DNA of 57,489 bases from an uncultured virus (IMG/VR IMGVR_UViG_3300027782_000043) (IMGVR_UViG_3300027782_000043); one strand, 5' to 3'; numbered from the stretch's first letter, positions 20,599-32,300 are shown. The notes: generated by a model not told the origin, from the letters alone. Numbers and translations are program-made.

Positions 20599-21459
20599 TT
20601 AGAATGGTAATTCCTCATCAACGTTATTATTTGTTTGAGGGTCTTCAACTTGATTAATTGATTTTGATCCACCCAAAGAAATTTCAGATACACTACTGTT
20701 GGAATAAATATATTTTCCCGCATCAGTATCCCATCTTGGGGTTTCTCCTTTAGCAATTGATTCAAGATACTCAACAGGTTTTTTGGAATATACATCCTCC
20801 CAAGTTAACTCATTATTAATCCAATCATTAGATGTATCAGTATCAGTATGTGTTGGTGATGGATCATCATACATAACCGTTTGAATTACGGTATATGTTG
20901 CTCCTTTTGGAGTCTTTGCCTTTGTAAGTTCAAGGATTAAGTCACGACCATTATCAGAGTCGGTAACATCACCTTTTGCCTTCCAAATTGGAATAATTTT
21001 ATCAAGTATCCCTTCTTGTTTGTAATTGTGTTTAAATCTCCAAAATTTAACACCGTCTGATTCGTTATCACGATCAATTACTTTAACAATATAAAACTTA
21101 CGTGATTTGTATTGTGTTGCTAATTGTTTGTCGGATTCACGACCTGTTGAAATCAACTCTTCATAAACCTCATTTAAAGGTGAACGTTCGTTGTCATTTT
21201 TTCCTGGATCATAGAACTTTTGCCATTTACCATCAACATTAATTTCGTGGAACCATACCTCTTTAAAAGGTGATGACCCATCTGTTGTAGGTAAAATACG
21301 GATTATTCTCTGACCTTGTTTTTCGGTATCCTTAAGGATTGCTGCGAAATACTTTTTCATTCTTTCTTCTTGTGTAAATTTTGAAGTGGAAGAAGAACCA
21401 CTTTGTTTTGAACTCTCATACTGAGCCAAAACCGCATCAAAGGAATTGTTTGTCGCCAT
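20599..21459 (-). CDS. Single-stranded DNA-binding protein, T4 gp32-like
   Basis: 'IRILP...PFKEVWFH', 'KFYIVKVIDRD...GVKFW', 'D...GRDLIL' and an acidic C-terminal tail ending DEELPF. Confidence 0.85.
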   Translation of the reverse strand: MATNNSFDAVLAQYESSKQSGSSSTSKFTQEERMKKYFAAILKDTEKQGQRIIRILPTTDGSSPFKEVWFHEINVDGKWQKFYDPGKNDNERSPLNEVYEELISTGRESDKQLATQYKSRKFYIVKVIDRDNESDGVKFWRFKHNYKQEGILDKIIPIWKAKGDVTDSDNGRDLILELTKAKTPKGATYTVIQTVMYDDPSPTHTDTDTSNDWINNELTWEDVYSKKPVEYLESIAKGETPRWDTDAGKYIYSNSSVSEISLGGSKSINQVEDPQTNNNVDEELPF

Positions 21460-21492
21460 TGTTTGTATATTTTTTAAAAGTTTATAATAGAA

Positions 21493-21521
21493 AGTATAAG
21501 TTAAATAAAAATAGTAGTCAA
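21493..21521 (-). promoter_or_regulatory. Host-sigma-type promoter for the SSB-recA-exonuclease operon
   Basis: TTGACT-N17-TATACT on the minus strand, about 35 nt upstream of the SSB ATG. Confidence 0.65.
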
Positions 21522-21568
21522 TAAGGTAAGTAAAAATATATAGAGATTTTTATTAAATAATTAATATA

Positions 21569-22234
21569 TTACATCATTTCATCTTGGTCTTCGTAGTCAT
21601 TAAAACTACCTTTAATTTCATTTGGGGAAAATTCTTCAACATCATTAGTTGTTAAAACATATTCATTTTTTCCAGATTTTTCCATTTCTCCCATTTTGTC
21701 ATCAAAAAAATCACTTAATTTTTGATTAAAAGGTCCAGAATCTAAACTTCTTAATTCTAATTTTTCTTCAGGAGTTTTTGGTCTTATTTTTTCAATTTTT
21801 GATTCCAAACTATTTACCGTATTAACTAAATTATCCATTTCACCTAATTTAGTCTCAAGAGTATTTAATTGATTAAATAAATTATTAAAATATTCTTCTT
21901 GTTTGTCAGCAAATGTTTTTTGTGTGTTAATTAAATCGGTAATATCAAGTTCTTCGGTTTCATTTCCAACTTCTTCCACATCAGGATCATTTTTAATATC
22001 AACTGGTTGAGGTGTTGGTTCTTTTGGAGGTGGAGGTGCAACCTCTCCACCCGGAGGTGGTGGCAATTCTCCACCCGGAGGTGGTGGTAATTCTCCGCCA
22101 GGAGGTGGAGGAGCAACCTCTCCACCCGGAAGTGGAGGTAATTCTTCACCCGGAGGTGTTTCTTGTTCTAAGATATATTTATTGATATTTTTATATCTTC
22201 TAATTTCTTCTAATATTTTTTTATCTATTGACAT
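21569..22234 (-). CDS. Hypothetical protein (221 aa) with Pro-Gly-Glu repeats and a coiled coil
   Basis: PPPPGGE(L/V) repeats, an acidic coiled-coil segment and an N-terminal ILEE..ILEQ leader. Confidence 0.75.
   Translation of the reverse strand: MSIDKKILEEIRRYKNINKYILEQETPPGEELPPLPGGEVAPPPPGGELPPPPGGELPPPPGGEVAPPPPKEPTPQPVDIKNDPDVEEVGNETEELDITDLINTQKTFADKQEEYFNNLFNQLNTLETKLGEMDNLVNTVNSLESKIEKIRPKTPEEKLELRSLDSGPFNQKLSDFFDDKMGEMEKSGKNEYVLTTNDVEEFSPNEIKGSFNDYEDQDEMM
22027..22158 (-). repeat. Imperfect coding tandem repeat (24-27 nt unit, PPPPGGE)
   Basis: About 5 copies of ccacccggaggtgg-like units. Confidence 0.85.
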
Positions 22235-22235
22235 A

Positions 22236-22460
22236 TTAACCGTTTAATAATTGTTTTATTCCAGATTTTGTTTCAACTTGGATTTTTTTATGTGTGTTTA
22301 ATGTATTGTCTACACGTTCAATCAGTCCATCCTTCATTCTTATTGTGTAACAATCTCCGGTATCTAAATCACAAACCTCTTTAAATCCATTACCATTATC
22401 TTTTTCTGTTACTCTTGTGTTTTTACCAAGATAGTTATCTAAAATTAATTTTGTGCTCAT
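22236..22460 (-). CDS. Small hypothetical protein (74 aa)
   Basis: ORF with a CDLDTGDC motif, TATTTATA upstream, tightly coupled to the next gene. Confidence 0.7.
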   Translation of the reverse strand: MSTKLILDNYLGKNTRVTEKDNGNGFKEVCDLDTGDCYTIRMKDGLIERVDNTLNTHKKIQVETKSGIKQLLNG

Positions 22461-22502
22461 AGTTTTTTTATTATAAATATCTAATAAAACAAAAAAAACA
22501 TT

Positions 22503-25500
22503 TTAAGGTATTGATTTAACAATATTAAATGACTCTCTAAATTTATTTTCAATTGTTTTTTTATTTTGTTCAGTCATTTTATCATAAACACTGTCAGGTT
22601 GGTTAACCGGCCATCTTAATATAAATGCTTTACTAAGAGCTGTTATTTGTTCGTCAGTAGTTGTTAATGGTTGATTTGAAATAAATGATAGTTTTTCTTT
22701 AAATTTACTTATTACAAATTTTACGAAGAACTCATCGCTCCTAAATATTGCAAGTGGTATATTTTGTGTTGATCCTTGGTTTACACAATAATATTTGTTT
22801 TCCATCAAAAATGATGACCCCCCATAAGCAACATCTAACCTTATTGACCCGTAATTATGACCATATGCCTCAAATTTATCAGATTTATAAGAATTGATAT
22901 ACATTACAGAAAATATAAATGCCAACATTAAAGTTTGATTTTCTGTCGTGATGTTAGCACTTATCATTTCCTTTTTAATTAATTCAATAGAATTTTTTAA
23001 TGTTATTTTAGTAATAGTAGGGGTTTCAATTGTATAGTTTGTATAAGAACTATTTAAATTATCCGAACAATTTTGATTTGGGGTTAAAGAACCATTACCA
23101 TTATTTGTATTGTTAATAATATCATTTTGTTCTTGTAATATATTTTCGGGAGAATCTAGTTTAGCGGTTTCATCTTTTTCTATTTGTTCTTTAATTGATA
23201 ATAATATTGTGGTACTTAACGATTGTAAAAATTTATCTATTGCCGGAATACTATAAAATGGTTGTCTTTGTCCTTCAAACTCAGTATCAAAACCATTGTC
23301 ACTTATTCTATGACTAACTTTCGTAATCATATATGGACCACTAAACATAGGTACGTTTCTTAAGTTAAAATACATCATTGGTTGAATCATTGCATTACCT
23401 AACATATCAATACTACACTTATAACTTCTATTTCTATATAAGTTATAAAGAGATACGCTCTGTGTTGATTCACTTCTGTTTCTATTTAAATTCGCCATCT
23501 GATTTAACACTTCTAAACTTTCTGTTGTTGGGAGTCCAGGGTCTTGACTTATATCAAATTGTTTGAATATTTGTTGATTTTGAGGTCCAATATCAACATT
23601 AAAACCAACAACCTTATTTGATTTATCCCAATCTGTTTTTCCGTTTAAATTGTCAAGTAATGGATTATCACTTGATCTTCTTAAATCAAAAGCATCATCT
23701 CTAAAACGATAATCCACATTATCATTTAAGGCTAAATGTTCACTAGGTTTATTGGCATATAAACATAAAAATTTTGATGTTGTATCCCGATAATCTAATG
23801 TTAAAAATGTTCCAAATAAGGAATTTGCAAACTCTAATGTCCCTTCCGGATTTGGTGTTGGGTTTTTACTAACGTTTTGTACATTATAAAAATTAGCGTA
23901 CGCCGGCATAGTAAAGTATGTAAAATTATTTTGAGTTAAAATAGTTGTTACCATGTCCACCATTTTATTATTATGGTCACCATATTCTATTAATTCTTTT
24001 ACTTTAAAAATGTCAGCATATATTTTTTGACCAACATCTCTACTTGCTCTATCGAACAATAAAATGTCTTCAAATAGTGTTTTTGTTTTATAGTCATTAC
24101 CTGAAATAAATTTGTCATTTATAGATTTAAATGTGTCCCATATTTCATATCTTGTTTGTTCCCCCTGTAAATTAGATTTAACACTATTTCTATCAGGAGT
24201 AACTATTACGTTTGGTAATTTATTTCTTAATCTTGTTAATTCTAAATCAAGTACTGTATCAATATAATCTTCATTTTTGTTTAAATAATCATTCATTAAA
24301 GTATAAAACTCAATTTTAGTTATATTATTTTTTTTAAGTTTCTGTGTTGCATAAATTTTTATTATCGGAGCAAACTGAATAACATTTTTTTCATTAAATT
24401 GAACATCTAAATCAATAAAAAAATCTGTAATATATGATCCATTATTTTTATATTTTAATTCGGGTATTTCTGAAAACCCAACATAAGTCTCTAAAGCTTT
24501 CCAAGTAACCGGATTATTTGTTTTTGATTGTAATAAAGTAACAGGACTTAATAATCCATTTGGTAAAGTGTTTGGTGATGATTGTTTATATCCTTGATAT
24601 GTATATGGATTCTCAATATATTTATTTGAAAAAGTATAAAATAATTTTTTATCAAAGTTTGACGGGTTACCATATTTCATCACAACCTCATAATCCATAA
24701 ATTTAGTTAAATAAGATTTAAATGCGGTAATTTGACTATTTTGTATTTCTGAAACAATGGAGTCACCATTTGTTGCTGTTGGTACCGGAATTTTCATCAT
24801 TGTTCTCATTAACAATTGGAAATTTTTACACATTTTTTCACTTTCTGTCTCTTCACCTGTTACAGATGTAATTAATGTGTCATAATCATATACCGATCTA
24901 CCAAAATTTAAAAACTCTATCTCTAAAATGTCCAAAATATTTTTATCAAATGATGTAAACATTTCATCCAATTTAGAGTAATCACCTATATCCCCATTTA
25001 TTGAAAAATTTTGTTGTGTTGTACCACTATTATAAATTTCTTTTAAATAACTGTCAGGACTTGGGGGAACGACTTTATTATTATTGAAATACCCATAATT
25101 TGGTGCTTTCCAAAATAATCTTACAGAACCATTATACATTGAGTTATTTCCTGAAACCTCTGTTTTAATAGTTCCATTTATTCTAAAACACTCATCTTTA
25201 GTTTGATTTATTATTCCCCCAAATGAAGGAAGGGGGTAAATAGAAGTTTGATCAGTTGTTTTTACATAACAAGACCAAGGCGTTAATGTTAATGAACGTG
25301 TAACATTAGGAAAATCAAACCCATTAGATTTATTAATTAAAGAACCAGTTGTTTTAACCATTCCTAAGTTTGTATTTAATGCAGATTGTATTTCCGAACT
25401 GACATATCCAACAGCGTTAACATTAGTCAAAATAAAATTAAATGTTGGACCAAGAAGATCTAAAGTAATTGTTGTACCATTTGGTAATTGATTAGGGGTT

Positions 25501-28500
25501 ATTATATATCTACCAACACCACCAGTTGTTCCACTTATCTGAGAAACTATTGTTGTACCATATTGTAATGAAGTACCAGATAGTGTCATTCCACTAATAA
25601 TTTCATCTCCATTTATTGTTAGTACTTCTAATTCATTATCATTAACTATTGCACAAGTACCTCCAATTGGTACTACACTATCAAAAACAACTTTTCCTTG
25701 ATAAAAAACATTAAAATCATCTATTGTTTTTGGGTAAAAACCATTATTAATAATTGTTTTTACATAATTAATTCCAAGAACATTTGTTGTTATATTACCC
25801 TCTAATATAATTTCTTGTGGTGAACCATCAATAGTAACATTATAAGATTTTGTTGTTGCACTATTAACGGGGTCGTAATTATATGAATAATTAAAATTGT
25901 TCCAAACTTCTGTTAAAATATCATTTCCAGTTTCAACCCAAGTTTTGTATCTATGCCAAAGTGATCCATATTTTAAAATCCAAGCGTGTGGTAATCTATG
26001 TATTGCTCCAAATTTTTTAATTGTTGATATAATATAACTTAATTCATTTGTGGAATTATTAGTATCATCAAGTAATTTGTATTTTTCTTTTAATGTTGCT
26101 AAAGGTAAACTATTTAAAAATAGATAAGCTGCCAATTTATATGGGGAAGAATCTCCACTATTATATCTAAAATTATAAACTCCTTTTTGAATTGCATTTA
26201 TAAAATAGGGGGTGTTCAACATTGAAGTTGTTTGTTCGTCTATTAAATTGTCTGTATAATTTTTATAAAAAACATTTCCTTCTGTTATATATTGATTTTT
26301 AATTTGTCTATTTTTATAAAATAATTTTAAATTACCATTTATAATTGATTGATTAAAAATGTCATCAGTATAATTAAAATTAGTTATTGGTTTTATAATT
26401 TTATTTTCAGTAAAATTAACAATTGATTTATTATTTAAATCATATTTTAAAACATCAGAAGTCTTATATACCAATTCTGTTTTTTGTATTATTGTGCCGT
26501 TTGCCAAATAATTGTTGTCCCAAGATAAATTAGTTATTGGGTACAAATCACATATGTCATATTTTTCAATTACATTGTCAATCCCAATATATTTTTCAAC
26601 TAATTCCGTATTTTCTATTCCAACATTTGGTTGGGATATTTCATTAATTAATATCTTAGCATCTAAAAGATCAAATGAACTTAATGTTTCATTTTTAATA
26701 TATGGTGTATTAAATTCTCCTCTAATAAAATTTTGCCAAGATATTCCCTCTCCTTGATTTGAGATATGTCTTAAAAATCCTCCATAGACTCCTGAATTAA
26801 TATTATATTCTTTTAATTTTTTAGTTAGATATGGGTTGTCATCACCTAACGCTTTTATAATGTTAATAACTTCTGACTCGGCAGAATAAAACTCCATATT
26901 ATATAATTTCGAAGAGTCTCTAGACATTAAACTATAAAATGAATTTAACATTAATCTTTCATATATTTCATAAAAAAATTTTACTTCTTCTGTGTTTTGA
27001 AATACTTGATTATTAATTGGAAATTCAATAGCATTAAAACTTAATCTTTCAGGTTTTGTTAATCCATTATTAATATATTCAGGATCCGGAATTGGAAGTT
27101 CTCTTTCTGTATATGCCTTTATAAATTCTTCAACAAACTCAACTTCAGGCCATATTTCAGGTATAAAAGCGTTTATTTTTCCCGATAAAACCGGATCACC
27201 AGGATATTTTAATTCATATTTCTCACCACCATCGTTTTTTGTGTTTTCAACAATTAATTGTGGCCAAGGATATATTGGAGTGTTTTCTTCTCCATCGTTT
27301 TTTATATCAACACTAGGGACTGTTGAATTACTACCAAACACAGCATCTTTTCTATACTTATCTTCTCTTAAATTCCAAGCCTTTGTATGTACATCATCCA
27401 TCAGACGTAAAAAAGCTTCCCCTTGAGCAAAAAATACCGCTAAAATATTCCTCATTGTTGGTTCAAAACCAATACCAGTTGATGTATTACTCATTTGATC
27501 CGCCAATTGTGCAGTTAAAGATTCTTCAATTTTTTGTCTGTTTATTTGATATTTTTGTTGCATTACTTTTGTTTGATTTAAAAAGTAACCTTTACCATCA
27601 AATTGAAAATTTTTATTTTTCTGAAATTCGATTTCTAATGTTTTTGTAAAAGCGGAAACTTCGGATGGAATTCCGGGTAATTCTTTATTTGTTCTTAACA
27701 AATATGTTTTATTAATGTTGATATCAATAAACTTTGATTTAGTGTAACAAGTATTTAATTCAATTTTGTTCGGAATATAATTTGGTTGATTTAAACCTAA
27801 TGTTTTATTCTTTTCAAGTGCAAGATTAAATTTTTTGATTATTCCATCAAGTTCATTTAGTGGTGCGGATTGTTTTGTAATATCGTCCCTGTATTCTTTT
27901 TTCCATTGGTATATTATTTCTTCACTATCTTTAAGTACAAAAATATTATTTACATCTAAATATTGTTTTACCCAAGAATCAGGGGTATAATAAAAAACAT
28001 ACCCATCATATTCGGTTAGTTGGGTTGTGTAATCTGTTAAATCATTTAAAACATTTAAGTTAGTTTTTTTAAAACTATCTATTATATTTTTAATAAACCT
28101 ATCTAACCTGTACTTTAATTGTTGTATTGTTATTTCAGGAAAATTATCATTAATTAATCCTTTTGATTTATATTCAGAATATAATTCTTTCATTTTTTGA
28201 TAACCCTCACTTGCAAATGTTTTTTTAACAGGTGTTGAATTATTAGTACTATTATTTGGTTGGATTTGTTTTGTTGTAACAATTGACTTGTACATTAGTG
28301 GTGTTCCCATCATTGCTCCAAAAGTAACATGAGACATAATTGTGTATTTATATGTTTTCAGTTCTAATTTTACCCTAAAGTTACCAGAACTTGGATCAAA
28401 TGAAGATCCAAATTTTTCTAACATTAATGGTATTCTAATTGCTTTACCCAAATATCCTTTTATGGTTAAATGAAAAAGTGGGTATGGGAATTGGAAAAAT

Positions 28501-29048
28501 GCTGCGTATGGAGAATTATTACCACCTTCAAACAACGATCTTCCTTTTACGTCTTCAAGAGTAATATCGATCGTAGGTACAAAATCTAAACCACAACTAT
28601 AATTTATTTGTGTTATACCTAATAATCCATTATCAACAGCACCAGGTACCCCATTTGAGATTAAACTTTGACTATAATAAAAGTCTGCCGAATTATCAGG
28701 ATTTACACTAACCGATTTTTTTGGTTGGTTAACACCTTTTCCAGTTAAAGTATTTTTTCCTGTTATTTCATCTGACCATCCATTGTCTAAAAATTTTTTA
28801 AACCCTGGATTTAAAAAATTAATTTTACCAACAGATATAGTTTTAACTGATTCGTTTAGTGAAACACCTAAAGCTAATTTAGTTCTTGGTAATACAGAAC
28901 ATTCTAAATTAGCATAGAACACAAGATTTTCGTGATCTATAAGTCTTTCTTTTGGTCTACCTTCTTCATCAATTATTTTATTTGGGTCAATTACTGATAT
29001 GTTTTGGTAATCAAATTCTACTAATATATTTTCTCCGTTATTTACCAT
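22503..29048 (-). CDS. Giant baseplate-hub-like virion protein (2181 aa)
   Basis: 'CSIDMLGNAMIQP..YFNL....FSGPYMITKVSHRISDNGFDTEFEG' resembles the C-terminal motif of gp27/gpD-type hub proteins. Follows a gp53/LysM-like gene, as hub genes usually do. Confidence 0.6.
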   Translation of the reverse strand: MVNNGENILVEFDYQNISVIDPNKIIDEEGRPKERLIDHENLVFYANLECSVLPRTKLALGVSLNESVKTISVGKINFLNPGFKKFLDNGWSDEITGKNTLTGKGVNQPKKSVSVNPDNSADFYYSQSLISNGVPGAVDNGLLGITQINYSCGLDFVPTIDITLEDVKGRSLFEGGNNSPYAAFFQFPYPLFHLTIKGYLGKAIRIPLMLEKFGSSFDPSSGNFRVKLELKTYKYTIMSHVTFGAMMGTPLMYKSIVTTKQIQPNNSTNNSTPVKKTFASEGYQKMKELYSEYKSKGLINDNFPEITIQQLKYRLDRFIKNIIDSFKKTNLNVLNDLTDYTTQLTEYDGYVFYYTPDSWVKQYLDVNNIFVLKDSEEIIYQWKKEYRDDITKQSAPLNELDGIIKKFNLALEKNKTLGLNQPNYIPNKIELNTCYTKSKFIDININKTYLLRTNKELPGIPSEVSAFTKTLEIEFQKNKNFQFDGKGYFLNQTKVMQQKYQINRQKIEESLTAQLADQMSNTSTGIGFEPTMRNILAVFFAQGEAFLRLMDDVHTKAWNLREDKYRKDAVFGSNSTVPSVDIKNDGEENTPIYPWPQLIVENTKNDGGEKYELKYPGDPVLSGKINAFIPEIWPEVEFVEEFIKAYTERELPIPDPEYINNGLTKPERLSFNAIEFPINNQVFQNTEEVKFFYEIYERLMLNSFYSLMSRDSSKLYNMEFYSAESEVINIIKALGDDNPYLTKKLKEYNINSGVYGGFLRHISNQGEGISWQNFIRGEFNTPYIKNETLSSFDLLDAKILINEISQPNVGIENTELVEKYIGIDNVIEKYDICDLYPITNLSWDNNYLANGTIIQKTELVYKTSDVLKYDLNNKSIVNFTENKIIKPITNFNYTDDIFNQSIINGNLKLFYKNRQIKNQYITEGNVFYKNYTDNLIDEQTTSMLNTPYFINAIQKGVYNFRYNSGDSSPYKLAAYLFLNSLPLATLKEKYKLLDDTNNSTNELSYIISTIKKFGAIHRLPHAWILKYGSLWHRYKTWVETGNDILTEVWNNFNYSYNYDPVNSATTKSYNVTIDGSPQEIILEGNITTNVLGINYVKTIINNGFYPKTIDDFNVFYQGKVVFDSVVPIGGTCAIVNDNELEVLTINGDEIISGMTLSGTSLQYGTTIVSQISGTTGGVGRYIITPNQLPNGTTITLDLLGPTFNFILTNVNAVGYVSSEIQSALNTNLGMVKTTGSLINKSNGFDFPNVTRSLTLTPWSCYVKTTDQTSIYPLPSFGGIINQTKDECFRINGTIKTEVSGNNSMYNGSVRLFWKAPNYGYFNNNKVVPPSPDSYLKEIYNSGTTQQNFSINGDIGDYSKLDEMFTSFDKNILDILEIEFLNFGRSVYDYDTLITSVTGEETESEKMCKNFQLLMRTMMKIPVPTATNGDSIVSEIQNSQITAFKSYLTKFMDYEVVMKYGNPSNFDKKLFYTFSNKYIENPYTYQGYKQSSPNTLPNGLLSPVTLLQSKTNNPVTWKALETYVGFSEIPELKYKNNGSYITDFFIDLDVQFNEKNVIQFAPIIKIYATQKLKKNNITKIEFYTLMNDYLNKNEDYIDTVLDLELTRLRNKLPNVIVTPDRNSVKSNLQGEQTRYEIWDTFKSINDKFISGNDYKTKTLFEDILLFDRASRDVGQKIYADIFKVKELIEYGDHNNKMVDMVTTILTQNNFTYFTMPAYANFYNVQNVSKNPTPNPEGTLEFANSLFGTFLTLDYRDTTSKFLCLYANKPSEHLALNDNVDYRFRDDAFDLRRSSDNPLLDNLNGKTDWDKSNKVVGFNVDIGPQNQQIFKQFDISQDPGLPTTESLEVLNQMANLNRNRSESTQSVSLYNLYRNRSYKCSIDMLGNAMIQPMMYFNLRNVPMFSGPYMITKVSHRISDNGFDTEFEGQRQPFYSIPAIDKFLQSLSTTILLSIKEQIEKDETAKLDSPENILQEQNDIINNTNNGNGSLTPNQNCSDNLNSSYTNYTIETPTITKITLKNSIELIKKEMISANITTENQTLMLAFIFSVMYINSYKSDKFEAYGHNYGSIRLDVAYGGSSFLMENKYYCVNQGSTQNIPLAIFRSDEFFVKFVISKFKEKLSFISNQPLTTTDEQITALSKAFILRWPVNQPDSVYDKMTEQNKKTIENKFRESFNIVKSIP

Positions 29049-29361
29049 AATAGAATATGTGATTATCTAATTCGTTTTTATAATCCTGTAATGAAGTTAA
29101 CAACGGATATGGAATTGTCAATACCGCACCATCAGGAATATTAAATTCAAGTCCAGTATATTGTGGGTTTGATTGTAAAATTAACCAACCAAAAAATGGG
29201 GAATTGTAATGTTGTTGAGACACTTTATCTAATCTAGACGTACCAACCTTATAAATATATCTTTTATCTGATGATTTTGACGGCAAATTGATATACGGAA
29301 CAACGGTTTGTTTTCCGTTAAGTAAAAATGAATTATATCTATTATAATACTGTAACTGCAT
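29038..29361 (-). CDS. LysM-like / gp53-like baseplate wedge protein
   Basis: 'RLDKVSQQHYNSPFFGWLILQSNP...IPDGAVLTIP' fits the LysM/tail-X pattern. Confidence 0.75.
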   Translation of the reverse strand: MQLQYYNRYNSFLLNGKQTVVPYINLPSKSSDKRYIYKVGTSRLDKVSQQHYNSPFFGWLILQSNPQYTGLEFNIPDGAVLTIPYPLLTSLQDYKNELDNHIFYYGK

Positions 29362-29362
29362 A

Positions 29363-32300
29363 TTAATTAAATTTTATTTTACCATTATATTTATCATCAG
29401 TATTTAAGTTTTGTTTACTATATAGGTCCGATATTCTTTTTTCATACGTTGAGTAATTTGGGTCATTTTTGTCTGTAGTATACCCTACTTTAACATCAAA
29501 TGGTAGTATTTGAAAATTTTGAAACTTTTCATATTCAGGACTTTTTTCATAATCATTAAATATTCTATTTTCATTTTCTTTTTCTGTTTTACATTTGAAT
29601 CTATAGTCGTCAAATCTATTTTTTAAATCAGATACTAATTTTGGGTTAGATTTTATTTTTTCTAATGAGGTTAAACTTTCTATAAAAGAAGTATATTTGT
29701 TTTCATCTATCATTACATCAGACATTACCATATAAAATCTTTTTTCTTCATTATTTCCAAATGGTCTTAATCCTGGAACAGCATTTGGAAAGTTCATTAC
29801 GTTAATACTTTCACTATATATGGGCGAATCTATTATATATCTATTTAACATAACATCAAAAAATTCGGTGATTCCTGATGCAACATTAGTCTTATATACA
29901 TTAAGTATTGAATCAGATACAGTTGTTGCACTAGATCCTGTAAAAATATAAACTTTTGGTTTACCAGTCTCTAATAATATTCCATCAATTTTTGATATAA
30001 CCACATCAGTTTTTCTAAAAGTATAGTTTAAATTTTCTTGATAACTTGTGAGTTCATTAATTGACCCAATAACAAAATTGTTTATTTCACCTTCTCTATT
30101 TTTTAAAATATCCTCTAATTTGTTTTTGACTTGTCTTTGTGCTGCATTAGTGTATTCAGTATCGTTAACAATATCTTTAATAACGGGAGATAAGTCATTT
30201 TTACAATCGTTTACCGCATTGTCAACAAGATTTTTTATTAATTTTTCAACATCATCAGGTTTACCATAAATTTTTAATGGAGCCGGGCTTCCAAATTCAC
30301 TAATGTTTCCATCAAAATATTTTCTTTTAAAATTAACAAGTTGTAATATTCCGTAATTAGAAATGTCATTGATACTTTTTAACTTGTTATATATTGTTGA
30401 AAAGAAATCTTTAGTTGATGTTGATAACTCACTAATAAGTCCACTATAATCTAATTCACCCGTCTCTATAGTACCATCATCGTTGGAACTTGCTCCAAGT
30501 ATTTTTCCAATTGTTTCTCCTCCTTTTTGAGGTATATTGTTTGGTATGTCACCAACAGTTGGAGGAGAGGATGAATTAGGGACAAGTTTACCAACAATAG
30601 CGTTATCCCTTTCCGATGTGTCTTCTGTTGCAACCGCCCTTTCATCATATATCTCAGTGTTTGCATAGTAATTAAAAGATAATGCGTTTTGTAATTGTTC
30701 AACGGGTCCGGCTAATCCGTTACCACCAATAAAATCAAATGATAAAGTAATTTTAGCAATCATAGGTTGTACACCAATTCCTTCTGGATTTATATCAAAA
30801 AGTAAAGGATCGTAAGTTATTCCAAGACGGTTTGGTATTATTTTAGTATGATAAAAATCTCCAATTCTTAAAACTAATACAGGTGGAGCACCAAATGAAG
30901 TGTTTAAGGCATCATTATATTTTGGTCTACCGTCAGTATCAATAACCGGAATTGTTTGTCCAGGTCTCATGCACTGATTTAAAAATGTTAATCTCGCATT
31001 TAATCCTTCAGGTGTGGTTGAGTGAAATGCCGGACTAAAATATTTTATCTTATCTTTAATACTATCGTAAACCATCGGGTTTTCTTTTTTAATAACCTCA
31101 AAATAATCACACTCACTAAATAAACTTCTTAATATTTTTTTAGAAATACCTTCTTTAACTGTTTTAAGAGGATCAACTTTTTTAATTGGTTTGGGACCTG
31201 GTGGTGGACCTGGCGATGGACTTGGTGGTGGACCTGGCGATGGACCTGGAGGTGGACCTGGAGGTGGTCCTGGAGGTGGACCTGGAGGTGGTCCTGGAGG
31301 TGGTCCTGGAGGTGGACCTGGAGGTGGACCTGGAGGTGGTGGAGCAGGATCTATGGTTATCTTTGCAATACGGACTCTTCTACATGACATTGCAGGAATA
31401 GAATACCATTGTGCCGTTCCACTTGGTTCTCCCCCTGAAGTTCTACTGATGTCTTTCCTACAATCGGTCTCTTCATATGGTCCGTTTTTACCCACTAATA
31501 TTGTGATTTCTTCCCCATTGGAGTTTTCTTTAAAAGTTAATCTTCCCTCACTTTCCAAAACAGGTACTGTTTTGTCTCCAATTGTTTTAGATCTAAACCA
31601 TTGTAATACAGAATCAATTCTTCGTTTAGATAAACTTCTATTATATTCTACCTCTGCTGGTGCAGATGCGGATCCTTGTAATTCAATTGTAACTTTTCCA
31701 TTTTGAACAATAATTATTTCTTTTAATTTAGCTAAAAATTCGTTTTGAATTAGATTATAATTACCAATAATAACGTCAGTAAAGAATTTTGGTATGACAC
31801 TTTTATTTATATATTTTTTTGTCCCAACGTAAACATCAACGGGTGGTAGATTAACATAATTTGTATTTTTAACTGAAAGGTATTGATTGTGCCAAAAATC
31901 ATATGGTTTAGTTGCCGTAACCTCAGTAGTGTAATATCCCTCAGGATAATCATTATCAAAATAGAAAGAATAATCTATAAATTCATTAATCGATTCTTGA
32001 TCCAACTTTTCTTCCACACCAGGAGTATCAGTAGTACCAGGGGTACCATTAGTACCAGGAGTACCATTAGTACCAGGAGTACCAGGAGTACCAGGAGTAC
32101 CATTAGTACCATCACCACCTTCAGATGACTCAGATAAACTAGTTGATTTATCTACACTAACATTTTTATAAATTTCTCCTAATTCTTCTTCAGTTAATCT
32201 TGGTTCATTTAACAATTGTTGATAAGTATATAAATCACTAGTTGGTATGGTATTAAATTTAATTGCCAAATCATATAAATCGTACTTAACACATCCCGCA

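Noticed and set aside
31186..31706. Plus-strand Gly-rich ORF (171 aa) and LEVV-repeat ORF
   Set aside because: Antisense shadows of the (PPGP)n repeat in the 1705-aa gene.
31194..32112. Tandem repeats as a possible CRISPR array or origin iterons
   Set aside because: No unique spacers. Units are multiples of 3 and in frame within a CDS.
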